A DNA stretch of 64,000 nucleotides, taken from assembly GCF_003334255.1 (NCBI RefSeq), contig NZ_QOWU01000022.1; one strand, 5' to 3'. The position numbers were made by a program, and so were the translations under genes. The notes under the pieces are model-generated. The model searched no databases. It was not told the DNA's origin and saw only the letters and a list, made by a program, of their open reading frames with translations. Source of the stretch: Escherichia coli. Lineage in GTDB: Bacteria > Pseudomonadota > Gammaproteobacteria > Enterobacterales > Enterobacteriaceae. Every line of letters starts with the position of its first letter. Within the stretch, counting starts at the first letter, position 1. Shown here one piece after another: positions 33,257 to 47,500 of the stretch.

Positions 33257-36200
33257 TTAACCGCTAATCTGTTCCATCGCCTGCAAAATACGCTTATCTG
33301 AAATCGGATAAGGCGTACCAAGTTGTTGAGCGAAGTAACTAACGCGCAGCTCTTCTATCATCCAACGGATCTCTTTCACGTCTTCATCCTCACGACGTGC
33401 GGGCGGCAGTTTGTTGATCCATTGCTGCCACGCCTGCTGGACGTTTTCGACTTTCAGCATCTGTGCACGATCGCGATGTGGATCAACCGCCAGTTTTTCC
33501 AGTCGTTTTTCAATCGCCTGCAAATATCGCAGCGTGTCGCCCAGCCGTTTGAAGCCGTTACCAGTGACAAAACCGCGATATACCAATCCGCCCATCTGCG
33601 CTTTAATGTCAGAAAGCCCCAGTGCCATGGTCATATCCACCCGCCCTTTCAGACGTTTGTTGATATTGAACACCGCAGTGAGGATTTGCTCGACCTGCTT
33701 CGCAATATCCACCACCGTGTCATTCAGTTCGGCGCGCACTTTTTCATGCAGCGCAGCAAAGCCTTCTTCCGTCCAGACCGGGCCACCATTGGCGTCGATC
33801 AATTTATCCACACCGCAGGAGATACAGTCGTCGATCAGCTCCAGCACTTTGCCATACGGGTTAAAGTACAGCCCCAGCTTGGCTTTGTTTGGCAACTTCT
33901 CATGCAAATATTTGATTGGCGAGGGAATATTCAGCAGCAGTAGACGGCGAAGACCGTTCCACATTGCCTGCTTTTGCTCCAGCGGGTTATCAAACAGTTT
34001 GATCGCCACACTGTCGCGTTCATCCACTAGCGCTGGCCACGCCTTCACTTTGTAGTTGCCACGCTTCTGTTCGTAGCTTTCCGGCAGTTGCCCAAAGCTC
34101 CAGATATGCAGCCCGCTCTGCTCGATACCGTCATCCGCCACCGCAGACAGCGTTTCCTGCACTTTGCCTTTCAGGGCGTCTTTCAGATCCTGTAATGAGC
34201 GCCCTTCTTTTAGCTTCTTATTTTTGTCGTCCACCACGCGGAAGGTGATTTTTAGGTGATCGGGCACCTGATCCCAGTGCCAGTCTTCGCGGTCAACGGT
34301 AACGCCGGTCATCCGCCGTAACTCGCGCTCAAGGCTGTCAAGCAACGGTAACTCCAGCGGTGTGACGCGGCCTAAAAACGCTTCGGCATAGTTTGGCGCA
34401 GGTACAAAATTACGGCGTACCGGTTTCGGCAACGATTTAATCAGAGCAATCACCAGTTCGCGGCGCAGACCGGGGATCTGCCATTCAAACCCGCTCTCCT
34501 CAACCTGGTTAAGTAACGGCAGCGGAATATGTACGGTCACACCGTCAGCATCCGCGCCGGGCTCAAACTGATAGCTCAAACGCAGCTTGAGATTGCCCTG
34601 ATGCCAGAAGTTCGGGTAATCCAGCTTGCTGATTTTTTCCGCCCCTTCTTTGATCAACATGCTCTTTTCAAAGTTGAGCAAATCAGGCGTTTCGCGGCTG
34701 ACTTTTTTCCACCAGCTGTCGAAGTGGCGTGCAGAGATCACATCATGGCTGATGCGCTGGTCGTAGAACTCAAACAACGTTTCGTCATCAACCAGAATAT
34801 CGCGGCGACGTGATTTGTGTTCCAGCTCTTCCACTTCGGCCCGCAGTTTCAGGTTTTCACGGAAGAATGCGTGACGAGTCTGCCAGTCACCTTCCACCAG
34901 CGCGTGGCGAATAAAGAGTTCACGACATAACGCCGGATCAATCTGGCTGTAGTTGACCTTGCGCGCGGCAACAATCGGCAAGCCATAAACAGTGACTTTT
35001 TCCGTTGCCATCACCGCGCCCTGCGCCCGTTCCCAGTGCGGTTCGCTGTAGGTGCGTTTAATCAAATGCTGAGCAACTGGCTCCACCCATTCCGGGTCGA
35101 TGCGCGCAGCAATGCGCCCCCACAGGCGGCTGGTTTCTACCAGTTCCGCCACCATTACCCATTTCGGCGGTTTTTTGAATAAACCAGAACCGGGGAAGAT
35201 GGAGAAACGCGCGTTACGTGCGCCGGTATATTCTTGTTTATCGGCATCTTTCATGCCGATATGGGAAAGCAAACCCGTCAGCAACGCAATGTGAATTTCG
35301 CGATACTCCGCCGGTTCGCTGTTAACCGGAATGCCAAGTTCTTTCACCACCTGACGCAACTGGGTGTAGATATCCTGCCATTCGCGCACGCGCAGATAGT
35401 TGAGATAATCGGTGCGGCACAGGCGACGGAAAGCGTTTGAAGAGAGCGCCTTTTGCTGCTCGCCGAGATAATTCCACAGATTCACAAACGCGAGGAAGTC
35501 GGATTCTTTGTCGTGGAAGCGACGATGTTTTTCGTCCGATGCCTGCTGTTTATCCATCGGACGCTCGCGCGGATCCTGAATGGAGAGCGCGGACGTGATA
35601 ATCATCGCCTCACGCACGCAGCCATGTTTTTGCGCTTCCAGCACCATACGCGCCAAACGTGGGTCGACAGGCAACTGCGAGAGCTGGCGACCGAGCGGCG
35701 TCAGTTTATAGGCGCTGACCTGTTCATCAGTGGTGATCGCGCCCAGTTCTTCGAGCAGACGCACGCCATCCTGGATATTGCGTTTATCCGGTGCTTCGAC
35801 AAACGGGAACGCCGCGATATCGCCCAGCCCCAGCGCGGTCATCTGCAAAATAACCGATGCCAGGTTGGTACGCAGAATCTCCGGATCGGTAAACTCCGGG
35901 CGCGAGAGGAAATCGTCTTCGGAATAGAGACGAATACAGATCCCTTCGGACACACGACCACAGCGGCCTTTACGCTGATTGGCAGACGCCTGGGAAATCG
36001 GCTCAATCGGCAAACGCTGCACTTTGGTGCGATAGCTGTAGCGGCTGATACGCGCCGTACCGGGGTCGATAACGTATTTAATCCCCGGTACGGTCAGCGA
36101 GGTTTCCGCGACGTTGGTCGCCAGCACAATGCGTCGCCCGCTGTGCGACTGGAACACGCGGTTCTGTTCGCTATTCGAAAGCCGCGCATAAAGCGGCAAG

Positions 36201-37159
36201 ATTTCGGTATGGCGTAAGTTCAGCTTGTTCAGCGCATCGGCGGTATCGCGGATTTCCCGCTCGCCGCTCATAAAGATCAGAATGTCGCCAGGGCTTTCCT
36301 GACTCAGTTCGTCTACGGCGTCAAAAATCGCCTGCAACTGATCGCGCTCGGTGTCGTCGGCTTCTTCAACAATCGGTCGATAGCGCACTTCCACCGGATA
36401 GGTCCGACCGGAGACTTCGATAATCGGCGCATTATTAAAGTGGCGCGAAAAGCGTTCCGGGTCGATAGTCGCGGAAGTGATAATGATTTTTAGGTCAGGA
36501 CGCCGCGGCAGCAACTCTTTCAAATAGCCGAGCAGAAAATCGATATTCAGGCTGCGTTCGTGTGCTTCATCGATAATGATGGTGTCGTACTGCATCAGCA
36601 GGCGGTCTTGCTGGATCTCCGCCAGCAGGATACCGTCGGTCATCAGCTTGACCATCGTGTTATCACTAACGTGATCGCTGAAACGCACTTTGTAACCGAT
36701 GCAACCGCCCGGCTCCGTTTTCAGCTCTTCCGCAATACGGTTCGCCACCGTTCGTGCCGCCAGGCGACGCGGCTGGGTATGGCCGATCAGTCCTTTAATC
36801 CCGCGCCCCAGCTCCATACAGATTTTCGGCAACTGGGTGGTTTTGCCTGAACCGGTTTCCCCGGCGACGATCACCACCTGGTGATCACGAATCGCTTCGA
36901 GAATGTCCTGTTTTTTCTGACTAACCGGTAAATTGTCAGGATAAGTGATTTCCGGTCGTGCCGCTTCACGCAGCAGGACTTTCCCTGCCGCCTGGTCAAT
37001 CTCTTTCGCCATCTCCTGGAAAATGGCCTGTTGTGCATCAGGATTTTTAACCTTCTTAACACCGTGCAGACGGCGAGAAAAACGCAGTCTGTCGCGCAGC
37101 ATCAGCGAATCCAGCCGCTGCTGCAAAGCAGTAAAGGTCAATTTTTGTTGTTCTGTCAT
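33257..37159 (-). CDS. hrpA: ATP-dependent RNA helicase HrpA (DEAH-box)
   Basis: 1300-aa ORF; Walker A GETGSGKTT and DEAH box. Confidence 0.9.
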   Translation of the reverse strand: MTEQQKLTFTALQQRLDSLMLRDRLRFSRRLHGVKKVKNPDAQQAIFQEMAKEIDQAAGKVLLREAARPEITYPDNLPVSQKKQDILEAIRDHQVVIVAGETGSGKTTQLPKICMELGRGIKGLIGHTQPRRLAARTVANRIAEELKTEPGGCIGYKVRFSDHVSDNTMVKLMTDGILLAEIQQDRLLMQYDTIIIDEAHERSLNIDFLLGYLKELLPRRPDLKIIITSATIDPERFSRHFNNAPIIEVSGRTYPVEVRYRPIVEEADDTERDQLQAIFDAVDELSQESPGDILIFMSGEREIRDTADALNKLNLRHTEILPLYARLSNSEQNRVFQSHSGRRIVLATNVAETSLTVPGIKYVIDPGTARISRYSYRTKVQRLPIEPISQASANQRKGRCGRVSEGICIRLYSEDDFLSRPEFTDPEILRTNLASVILQMTALGLGDIAAFPFVEAPDKRNIQDGVRLLEELGAITTDEQVSAYKLTPLGRQLSQLPVDPRLARMVLEAQKHGCVREAMIITSALSIQDPRERPMDKQQASDEKHRRFHDKESDFLAFVNLWNYLGEQQKALSSNAFRRLCRTDYLNYLRVREWQDIYTQLRQVVKELGIPVNSEPAEYREIHIALLTGLLSHIGMKDADKQEYTGARNARFSIFPGSGLFKKPPKWVMVAELVETSRLWGRIAARIDPEWVEPVAQHLIKRTYSEPHWERAQGAVMATEKVTVYGLPIVAARKVNYSQIDPALCRELFIRHALVEGDWQTRHAFFRENLKLRAEVEELEHKSRRRDILVDDETLFEFYDQRISHDVISARHFDSWWKKVSRETPDLLNFEKSMLIKEGAEKISKLDYPNFWHQGNLKLRLSYQFEPGADADGVTVHIPLPLLNQVEESGFEWQIPGLRRELVIALIKSLPKPVRRNFVPAPNYAEAFLGRVTPLELPLLDSLERELRRMTGVTVDREDWHWDQVPDHLKITFRVVDDKNKKLKEGRSLQDLKDALKGKVQETLSAVADDGIEQSGLHIWSFGQLPESYEQKRGNYKVKAWPALVDERDSVAIKLFDNPLEQKQAMWNGLRRLLLLNIPSPIKYLHEKLPNKAKLGLYFNPYGKVLELIDDCISCGVDKLIDANGGPVWTEEGFAALHEKVRAELNDTVVDIAKQVEQILTAVFNINKRLKGRVDMTMALGLSDIKAQMGGLVYRGFVTGNGFKRLGDTLRYLQAIEKRLEKLAVDPHRDRAQMLKVENVQQAWQQWINKLPPARREDEDVKEIRWMIEELRVSYFAQQLGTPYPISDKRILQAMEQISG

Positions 37160-37350
37160 AACGTTAGTGGGCAGTAGTCTGCCTGATTAATTTTCTTTTA
37201 AATGATAGATATAGAGTACCACATCGCGGCTTTCTATGCGTTGTTCAATAAATTCGAACATAGGCTTCGATTTATTGCGCTATCTCTGTGGCAGGATTGT
37301 GAATAAAGTGTCAGCAAGCAACGGGGCATCGTCCATTCAAACATCTATAA

Positions 37351-37965
<615 letters not shown>

Positions 37966-38015
37966 CCGGACACGATCTTGATGTGGACTGTAGTTCAGTC
38001 CACATCTCAATCCAC

Positions 38016-40986
<2,971 letters not shown>

Positions 40987-41156
40987 TATCAATCCTTGAT
41001 AATTCGGTTTGCGCTATGGTGCATCAATTCCCCTGACGGAGATATCGCAACACGCCGCTTCATTAAAAATTCAGAATATATCAAGGTATTGGGGACTCAC
41101 TGCCAGGAATGATTATCCCCAATTAATCAAATGGTTAAGAAACATTACGTTGTGGA

Positions 41157-43469
41157 TCAATACAACTCATCAAGTTTTCTCATCGCTTGTTCCCGTATTG
41201 CGCGCGTCTTACCGTTAAGCGCCAGCTGGCGGACTAAATCCAGTTCAGGGTTAACAAGCTCTAACGCCAGCAAAGGATCACGTTTCAGCCTCGCCTTTAA
41301 TACATCAACTGGAAAACGGGGATTATTCATCGCCACAATCCACCACTCGGGATCAATTTCTGCCGCCAGTACTGCAGGCGGTGTGTGGCGGTTGTTAAGT
41401 GCGCCGAACTTGAAAAATGTGAGATTACTTTTCGCCAGTGTACTCCACCATATACGATCCGGTTGTTTTGCCAGTACATCCAGTTGTGCTAACGCATCGG
41501 GGTCGAGTGCATAATAAACACGTAATGCTTCATCAACCTGCGCACGGGAGCTATTTTCCTGCCTCAGAAAAAACTTCGCCCAAATATCATTGCGTGGCGT
41601 GTTTTGCTGTAATTCCTTGAGAACAACAGCGGGTAAATTATCCCAACTAACTAATGCACTCTCTAAAAAGTCCCAGTCTTCCAAACGTATCAGGGCGGTG
41701 GCATTTAATAGCATCTGGTCATCAACTTCGCCGTGGCTAATCAGCTCAGACAAAATCATATCAGCGCTGGTTTCATATGCTTCTGAATCTGCTTTCGGAT
41801 TATTTTTCCGATGCGATAAAGCACGTTGCCAAATTTTTTGTTTCATCGACGTGCTCAGATACTGATTTTTCGCCAGATTACTCCACCCCTCAGGATCGTT
41901 GAAACGTGTCAATAACCGTTGTAAAGCAGCGTCAGAGTGAATTACCTGCATATCCCGACAGCAAAAGTAGGCAGGGGATTTTTTCTCCATCCTTTTAACA
42001 AAATTAAACTGTAAGTTATCTGGCAACGCTAAAAATAACGCACCTATTAGATCATCGTCATTCTCGAATTTTTGGTATATATATACTGCTATTTTGTCAC
42101 TCTCTTGTGGCGTCATCCGCAACAATTGACCATGGTGTTTCATCTCTGCCAGCTTTAACGCTAAGCTTGTGACAACATCGTTTGATGAATCGTTCGCCAA
42201 CTGCATTGCCTGATTGTAGGTGAGTTGTCCTCCAGCACCGACCTGACGAATAGAGGAATCATCACTGCGGATATAACCATCAATAATGGATTCGGGCAAT
42301 AACCACGCATCTTTATAAAGCTCCTGAATGATCATATCCCAATCTCTTTTCGCCAGAGTCATGACGATATCCAGAGGGAGATTTTCACGTAGCGCAAGAT
42401 TCAACGGACCGACACCATCAGGTAGATGACTCATTCGCGTCATTATTTCGACAGAGAGCGGTTCACGGTCAAGCAACCCCAGAACAACAGGCTGGTAACC
42501 CAATTGCTGATCGGTCAACTCCAGAATCTCATTGTCAGGCATATATCTCGCCATACTTTCAATCGTTTGTTCATCATTGCTATTAATAAGTTGTTTGCGT
42601 AGGTTAGCTGAAATTCCTTTAAGCCTTGGGAGAGTTCGCATTATGGCAAGATCAAATGTCGCAATGTCTCGTCCTTCAAATGCAGCAACTTTGCCTTCAT
42701 CCAGCATTTGCAATTCCTGCACTAACTCAGGAGAAGGCTTAGGGCGAAACAGCGCTTCTTTTTTCATCTGATTACAGACATTCCCTGCTATGCGAATATT
42801 GCTTCGCTTAAAAATTTCTTTCAGAGCATCTTCATCATTTATTAGGCCCCAATAATATGCATCAGGATTTATTATCGTCAGCGCTTTTTTGACATTTTCA
42901 GTGTCATTTTTGTCTCCCGCACGGACCATGAATTCACTATTTATCGAAGACACAACAACAGGTGCAATTATGTCATTGATAAATATCCCACGCGCATTAA
43001 TACTCCCCTTAATCGTAGACGGATTATCGTAATATGAGTCGATAAATACCAGTCCACTTGCATTTATCGAACCGGTAATTAACAGTGGTGAATCTGTAAT
43101 TATATTTGTTGCCGTCACGTTACCGAGAATAACCCATGGATTAGAAAGAGAGAAAGTGGAAATATTTCCTTTGACTGTCAAATTGCCAAGAACAATCAAT
43201 TTTTGATTACTCTCTATATTACCTTCTACCACTAAATCGCCACGATGCACTTTCCAGTCCGATGCAGATAAACCGAAGGGGACAAGATTCACGCTACTGT
43301 TGATAGCTTGTTCAACTTGCTGTTTGTCTTCAGCGGTAGCCGCAGAAAAAAATGGTTCAATATCAACTGCATTTGCAACACATCGAAGTTCCGCCTGAAC
43401 TGGAAGGCTCAGCATAAACAGGGGAAGTAAACCTATCCAGCCGCAAATCCTGGGCTTAAACATATGCAC
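41157..43469 (-). CDS. ydbD: Uncharacterized secreted protein YdbD
   Basis: 770-aa ORF with signal peptide. Confidence 0.8.
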   Translation of the reverse strand: MHMFKPRICGWIGLLPLFMLSLPVQAELRCVANAVDIEPFFSAATAEDKQQVEQAINSSVNLVPFGLSASDWKVHRGDLVVEGNIESNQKLIVLGNLTVKGNISTFSLSNPWVILGNVTATNIITDSPLLITGSINASGLVFIDSYYDNPSTIKGSINARGIFINDIIAPVVVSSINSEFMVRAGDKNDTENVKKALTIINPDAYYWGLINDEDALKEIFKRSNIRIAGNVCNQMKKEALFRPKPSPELVQELQMLDEGKVAAFEGRDIATFDLAIMRTLPRLKGISANLRKQLINSNDEQTIESMARYMPDNEILELTDQQLGYQPVVLGLLDREPLSVEIMTRMSHLPDGVGPLNLALRENLPLDIVMTLAKRDWDMIIQELYKDAWLLPESIIDGYIRSDDSSIRQVGAGGQLTYNQAMQLANDSSNDVVTSLALKLAEMKHHGQLLRMTPQESDKIAVYIYQKFENDDDLIGALFLALPDNLQFNFVKRMEKKSPAYFCCRDMQVIHSDAALQRLLTRFNDPEGWSNLAKNQYLSTSMKQKIWQRALSHRKNNPKADSEAYETSADMILSELISHGEVDDQMLLNATALIRLEDWDFLESALVSWDNLPAVVLKELQQNTPRNDIWAKFFLRQENSSRAQVDEALRVYYALDPDALAQLDVLAKQPDRIWWSTLAKSNLTFFKFGALNNRHTPPAVLAAEIDPEWWIVAMNNPRFPVDVLKARLKRDPLLALELVNPELDLVRQLALNGKTRAIREQAMRKLDELY

Positions 43470-43526
43470 TCCATGCCATTAAAAAAGAAATAAAAGGGAA
43501 ATGCTTCTTTCCCTTTTGTATATTCG

Positions 43527-44387
43527 TTATTCTCGCGAAATACCATCCAATGTAGACAACACTTCCTCAGAAAGATGCAATTTTTCAGCAGCCATATTCT
43601 CCCGTAAATGCGCAACAGAAGATGTCCCTGGGATCAGCAAAATATTCGGTGAACGTTGTAAAAGCCACGCCAGCGCTACCTGCATTGGTGTTGCACCCAG
43701 GCTCGCAGCAACATCGGAAAGCGTGGACGATTGCAGCGGCGTAAAGCCACCGAGCGGGAAGAACGGCACGTAGGCAATGCCATCGCGGGCCAAAGCATCA
43801 ATCATTGCATCATCCGCACGATGAGCAATGTTGTATTCGTTCTGCACGCAGACGATTTCGGCAATCTTACGCGCCTCTGCAACCTGCGTCGGTGTGACGT
43901 TGCTCAGGCCAATATGTTTTACCAGGCCTTGCTGTTGCATCTCTGCCAGCACGGTCAGGCTGGCTTCAATCGACCCTTCCGCCGGGCCATGACCATCCCC
44001 GATCATAACGCGCAGGTTAACCACATCCAGTACGTCCAGCCCGAGATTACGTAGATTATCATGTACCGCTTTTTGCAGCTCTGCCGGAGAAAATGCGGCC
44101 AACCAGGAAGCATCCTCACCACGCCGCGCACCAATTTTAGTCACAATTGTCAGGTCGTCAGAGTAAGGATAAAGCGCTTCGCGGATAATCTGATTGGTGA
44201 CGTGCGGACCATAAAAGTCGCTGGTATCAATGTGATTGACGCCCAATGCCATCGCCTCACGCAGCACGATTATAGCGACGTGGCGATCTCTTGGGGGGCC
44301 AAAAACCCCAGGACCTGCCAGTTGCATCGCGCCATAACCAAGACGGTTAACGGATTTTGTACCGAGAGTAAATGTTTTGCTGCTCAT
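43527..44387 (-). CDS. ydbC: Aldo-keto reductase YdbC
   Basis: 286-aa ORF. Confidence 0.85.
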   Translation of the reverse strand: MSSKTFTLGTKSVNRLGYGAMQLAGPGVFGPPRDRHVAIIVLREAMALGVNHIDTSDFYGPHVTNQIIREALYPYSDDLTIVTKIGARRGEDASWLAAFSPAELQKAVHDNLRNLGLDVLDVVNLRVMIGDGHGPAEGSIEASLTVLAEMQQQGLVKHIGLSNVTPTQVAEARKIAEIVCVQNEYNIAHRADDAMIDALARDGIAYVPFFPLGGFTPLQSSTLSDVAASLGATPMQVALAWLLQRSPNILLIPGTSSVAHLRENMAAEKLHLSEEVLSTLDGISRE

Positions 44388-44540
44388 CGCACCCTGCCCT
44401 GTAATAAAACGGATTAAGAAAAATCAGTATAGAAACGAAAAGAGATAAATAATGCGAAGGTGTAAACAAGATTACAGGATGAGTTGCTCTATTGCCCTGA
44501 AAGACACCAAAACAAAACGCGTCAAGTACCGCATCCGGCA

Positions 44541-44576
44541 ATAAAAAACCGCAACCTGTATCAGCGTTGCGGTTTG
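44541..44576 (-). terminator. Rho-independent terminator downstream of ydbA
   Basis: Minus-strand stem ccgcaac/gttgcgg followed by U-run (plus-strand aaaaaa at 44543-44548). Confidence 0.7.
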
Positions 44577-44594
44577 GGTATCACATGCTAAAAA

Positions 44595-47500
44595 TTAGAA
44601 CGTTTTCTTAAAGTTCAGCATCACGCCTTTATCGCTGATACCGTCCTCTTTCCAGTGGTACGCGTCCAGATTCAGCGAACTTTCTTTGCTGCTGTACTTC
44701 ACGCCGACGCTTGCCAGGCTATTGATGCCGCCGCCCTTCTGATCGTCATCGACGTTAAAGTGCTGGCTGCCTGCGCCTGCCAGGCTTGCCGTGCGCTGGC
44801 TCTTCGCGTAGCTCAGGTTCGGCCCGCCTTCCAGCGTGGCGTTCGCACTCCAGCCGTCTTTTCCTGCATAATCCAGCTTCAGCCCGACGATGCTGTCCAC
44901 CGCCGTTTCGCTGCCGCTGTTCATGCTCAGGTTAAAGTCTCCGGCATTGCGCTCCTGATAGCCACCTTCCAGTGTGTGACGCAGTTTTACACCCGCATAT
45001 GGCGTAACCTTCAGTCCTTCGCTCGGTTCGAAAGTCTTCGCTCCTTCGCTACGGAACTCCAGGTACTGCTGCTTCACGTCGGTATCAGCCGTTTTGTTCG
45101 TGTTGCTAAATGCAATCGAGCGGCTGCTGTCAAGGTTGTGAACGTCATAACGCAATGCGTTATTCCAGTTCATGCCGTTGTCGAAGGACATCTGATGTTT
45201 CAGGCCAAAGAACTGGCTGTAGCCACCGGTGACGCCATTATCACCCGCTTTCTGCGCACCGTCGCCATCCAGACGCGCGATACCGTACTCCAGACTCATG
45301 GTCTGGCTTTCGCTCAGGTCGATGGTTTTACGCAATGCCAGCATGTCGTATTCGGTATTATTACCTAACTCGGCACGCGGATCGCCTTTCGCGACAACGT
45401 TGAACGCCAGACCGTTGCCCACTTTCGGCGCGGCATCCGCCAGCATACTAAAGCGGTTGCTTAACACGCGCGCTTCGCGGAATACCGTGGTTGCCTGGCT
45501 ACCGCTGACCTGTTTCAGAGCGCTGTTCAGTTCAGCAGTCGTGCCGACGTTCAGGCTGGTAAACAGTTCGTTGTTGGTGTAACTCGCATCCAGTGCTTTC
45601 GCGATGTCATTCACCGAAGCATCAGTCGCCACATCGGTATAAGCATTTTTGCTCATGGTGATGTCAACGTTACCGCTGGCATCGGTGCTGCCTTTAGCAG
45701 TCCATACCACGGACGTTGAGGTGATGGCATCCGCATCGGTCAGGTTGCTGCCCTCCACCACGTTATCAAAACTAACGGTGGTGTCTGCGGTACCGGCGGT
45801 AAACCCGGTGTTGATCCCCACGCCGTTCATGCTGGCATTGTTGACCTTGAGCTTACCGGCGCTGCCATCGGCACTCGTTCCCACCACGTAACCGTTGAGA
45901 TTATTCATGCCGTCGTCACTGCTCACGGACGATGACGAGCTACCGCCGCTATAAGGCGTAATCGTCGGCTCATCCGGCGCGGTGAAGTCCACATAGTGCG
46001 CTTCTGTGCCGTCGCCGCCTTCGCCGTTGCCTTCTGCCGAGATACCACTTTGTTTGAAGATACCGGAACCCGTCACGCTGTCGTCGATATACACGATACC
46101 GTTGTTAACGATATGTCCAGCGCTGCCTAACTGGCTGAATGCAAAAGAATCACTGGCGTAAATATTGATGGTGCCATTATTTTCAATGACCGCATCCGCC
46201 TTCGCGTTGCTTTCGAGTTGCATCCCTACCATGCCAGTCTCAGAGGTGCCTTCTGTGCCGACGTTAATGATATTGTTGTTGACCATTTTCGCGCTGCCAT
46301 GCGCCGACATCGCCACATTACCAGTGTTGTCAATATTAATAGTACCGTCGTTCACCACCAGCGTGTTAGCGTTCACGTTCAAGGCAGTCTTGATTTGACC
46401 GTTGATTACGCCCGTCTCACCGTTATAAAGGGTGTGTGGATTGCCAGCGGCCATAATATTAGCGTCACTGTTAACCGTGCCCCAGTTATTAAATGAACCC
46501 GCCCACAATTGACCGTCATCAATTGTTGCTACACCGCCTTGCAGGTTGTTGAATACACCCTTTTTATCCACGGTGACATGATTGACCGTTCCGGCGTTAT
46601 TGAACGTTGATGCAGCAGTAAAAAAGACCTTATCTACCGTTCCACCTGCCTGGTTGTTCATGACGGCAGACACCGATGAGCCTTTCCAGTTGCTCACCGT
46701 TCCGGTGTTATAAACAGCGCTGGCCCACTGTTCGATACTACTAATAGTGCCAGCATTGTTGATGACCGAACCCGCAACTGTCGTAACTACCTGGCCTGTA
46801 ACTGTGCCTTCATTATTAAAGACGCCGCCATCAACAGAAACGGATTGAGTTATCCCCTGGTTGATATATTCACCGTCAATGGCGATAACCACCTTGTTGA
46901 TATTACCCGTGATTTCGTTGGTCAGATTGCCATTATGAGCAACCGTAATGGCTCCGCCCGTCACCGTTCCTGCGTTGGTGATATAAATATCGCTCTCTGC
47001 CAGGGGGTTGGTTACCCCTCCGCTTGTGGGTAAATCCAGCGTTTCGCCTTCAGCGGTAATAACGTTGCCATTATCCCATCCCCGGCTGACGGCACTGTCG
47101 GTCGGGTTATAGCTCGCACTGTCCTGACAAATACCGAACGTGCAGATAGTGCCGTAGTTAACAATAACGCCGGAACCGTCATTGTAAAATGCCTGACCAA
47201 TTTCGGCATTAATATTAATAACGCCAGTCTGATCATTAATTGCGGTTCCGCCATTGTAAACCGCCATACCGACGAGTTTATTCGCGCCAATCGTGTCGTC
47301 ATAGTTATCATTTTTTTCCAGGTTGATAGTCCCCTGGTTAATGACCGTATTGCCATGACCATTAGCGAACATTCCCGCGCCGGCATTATAGATAGTAATG
47401 ACACCGCCTTCTTTATTAATTGCGGTTGCGTTAACTCTGGGGCCGTTAAAATCATCTGTGCCTACCCACATGCCAGCGGCATAATCTCCGGCTCTATTTC

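Noticed and set aside
35453-36217. 254-aa plus-strand ORF, plus several 60-214-aa ORFs between 33323 and 37190
   Set aside because: All antisense within hrpA; shadow ORFs of a long GC-balanced gene
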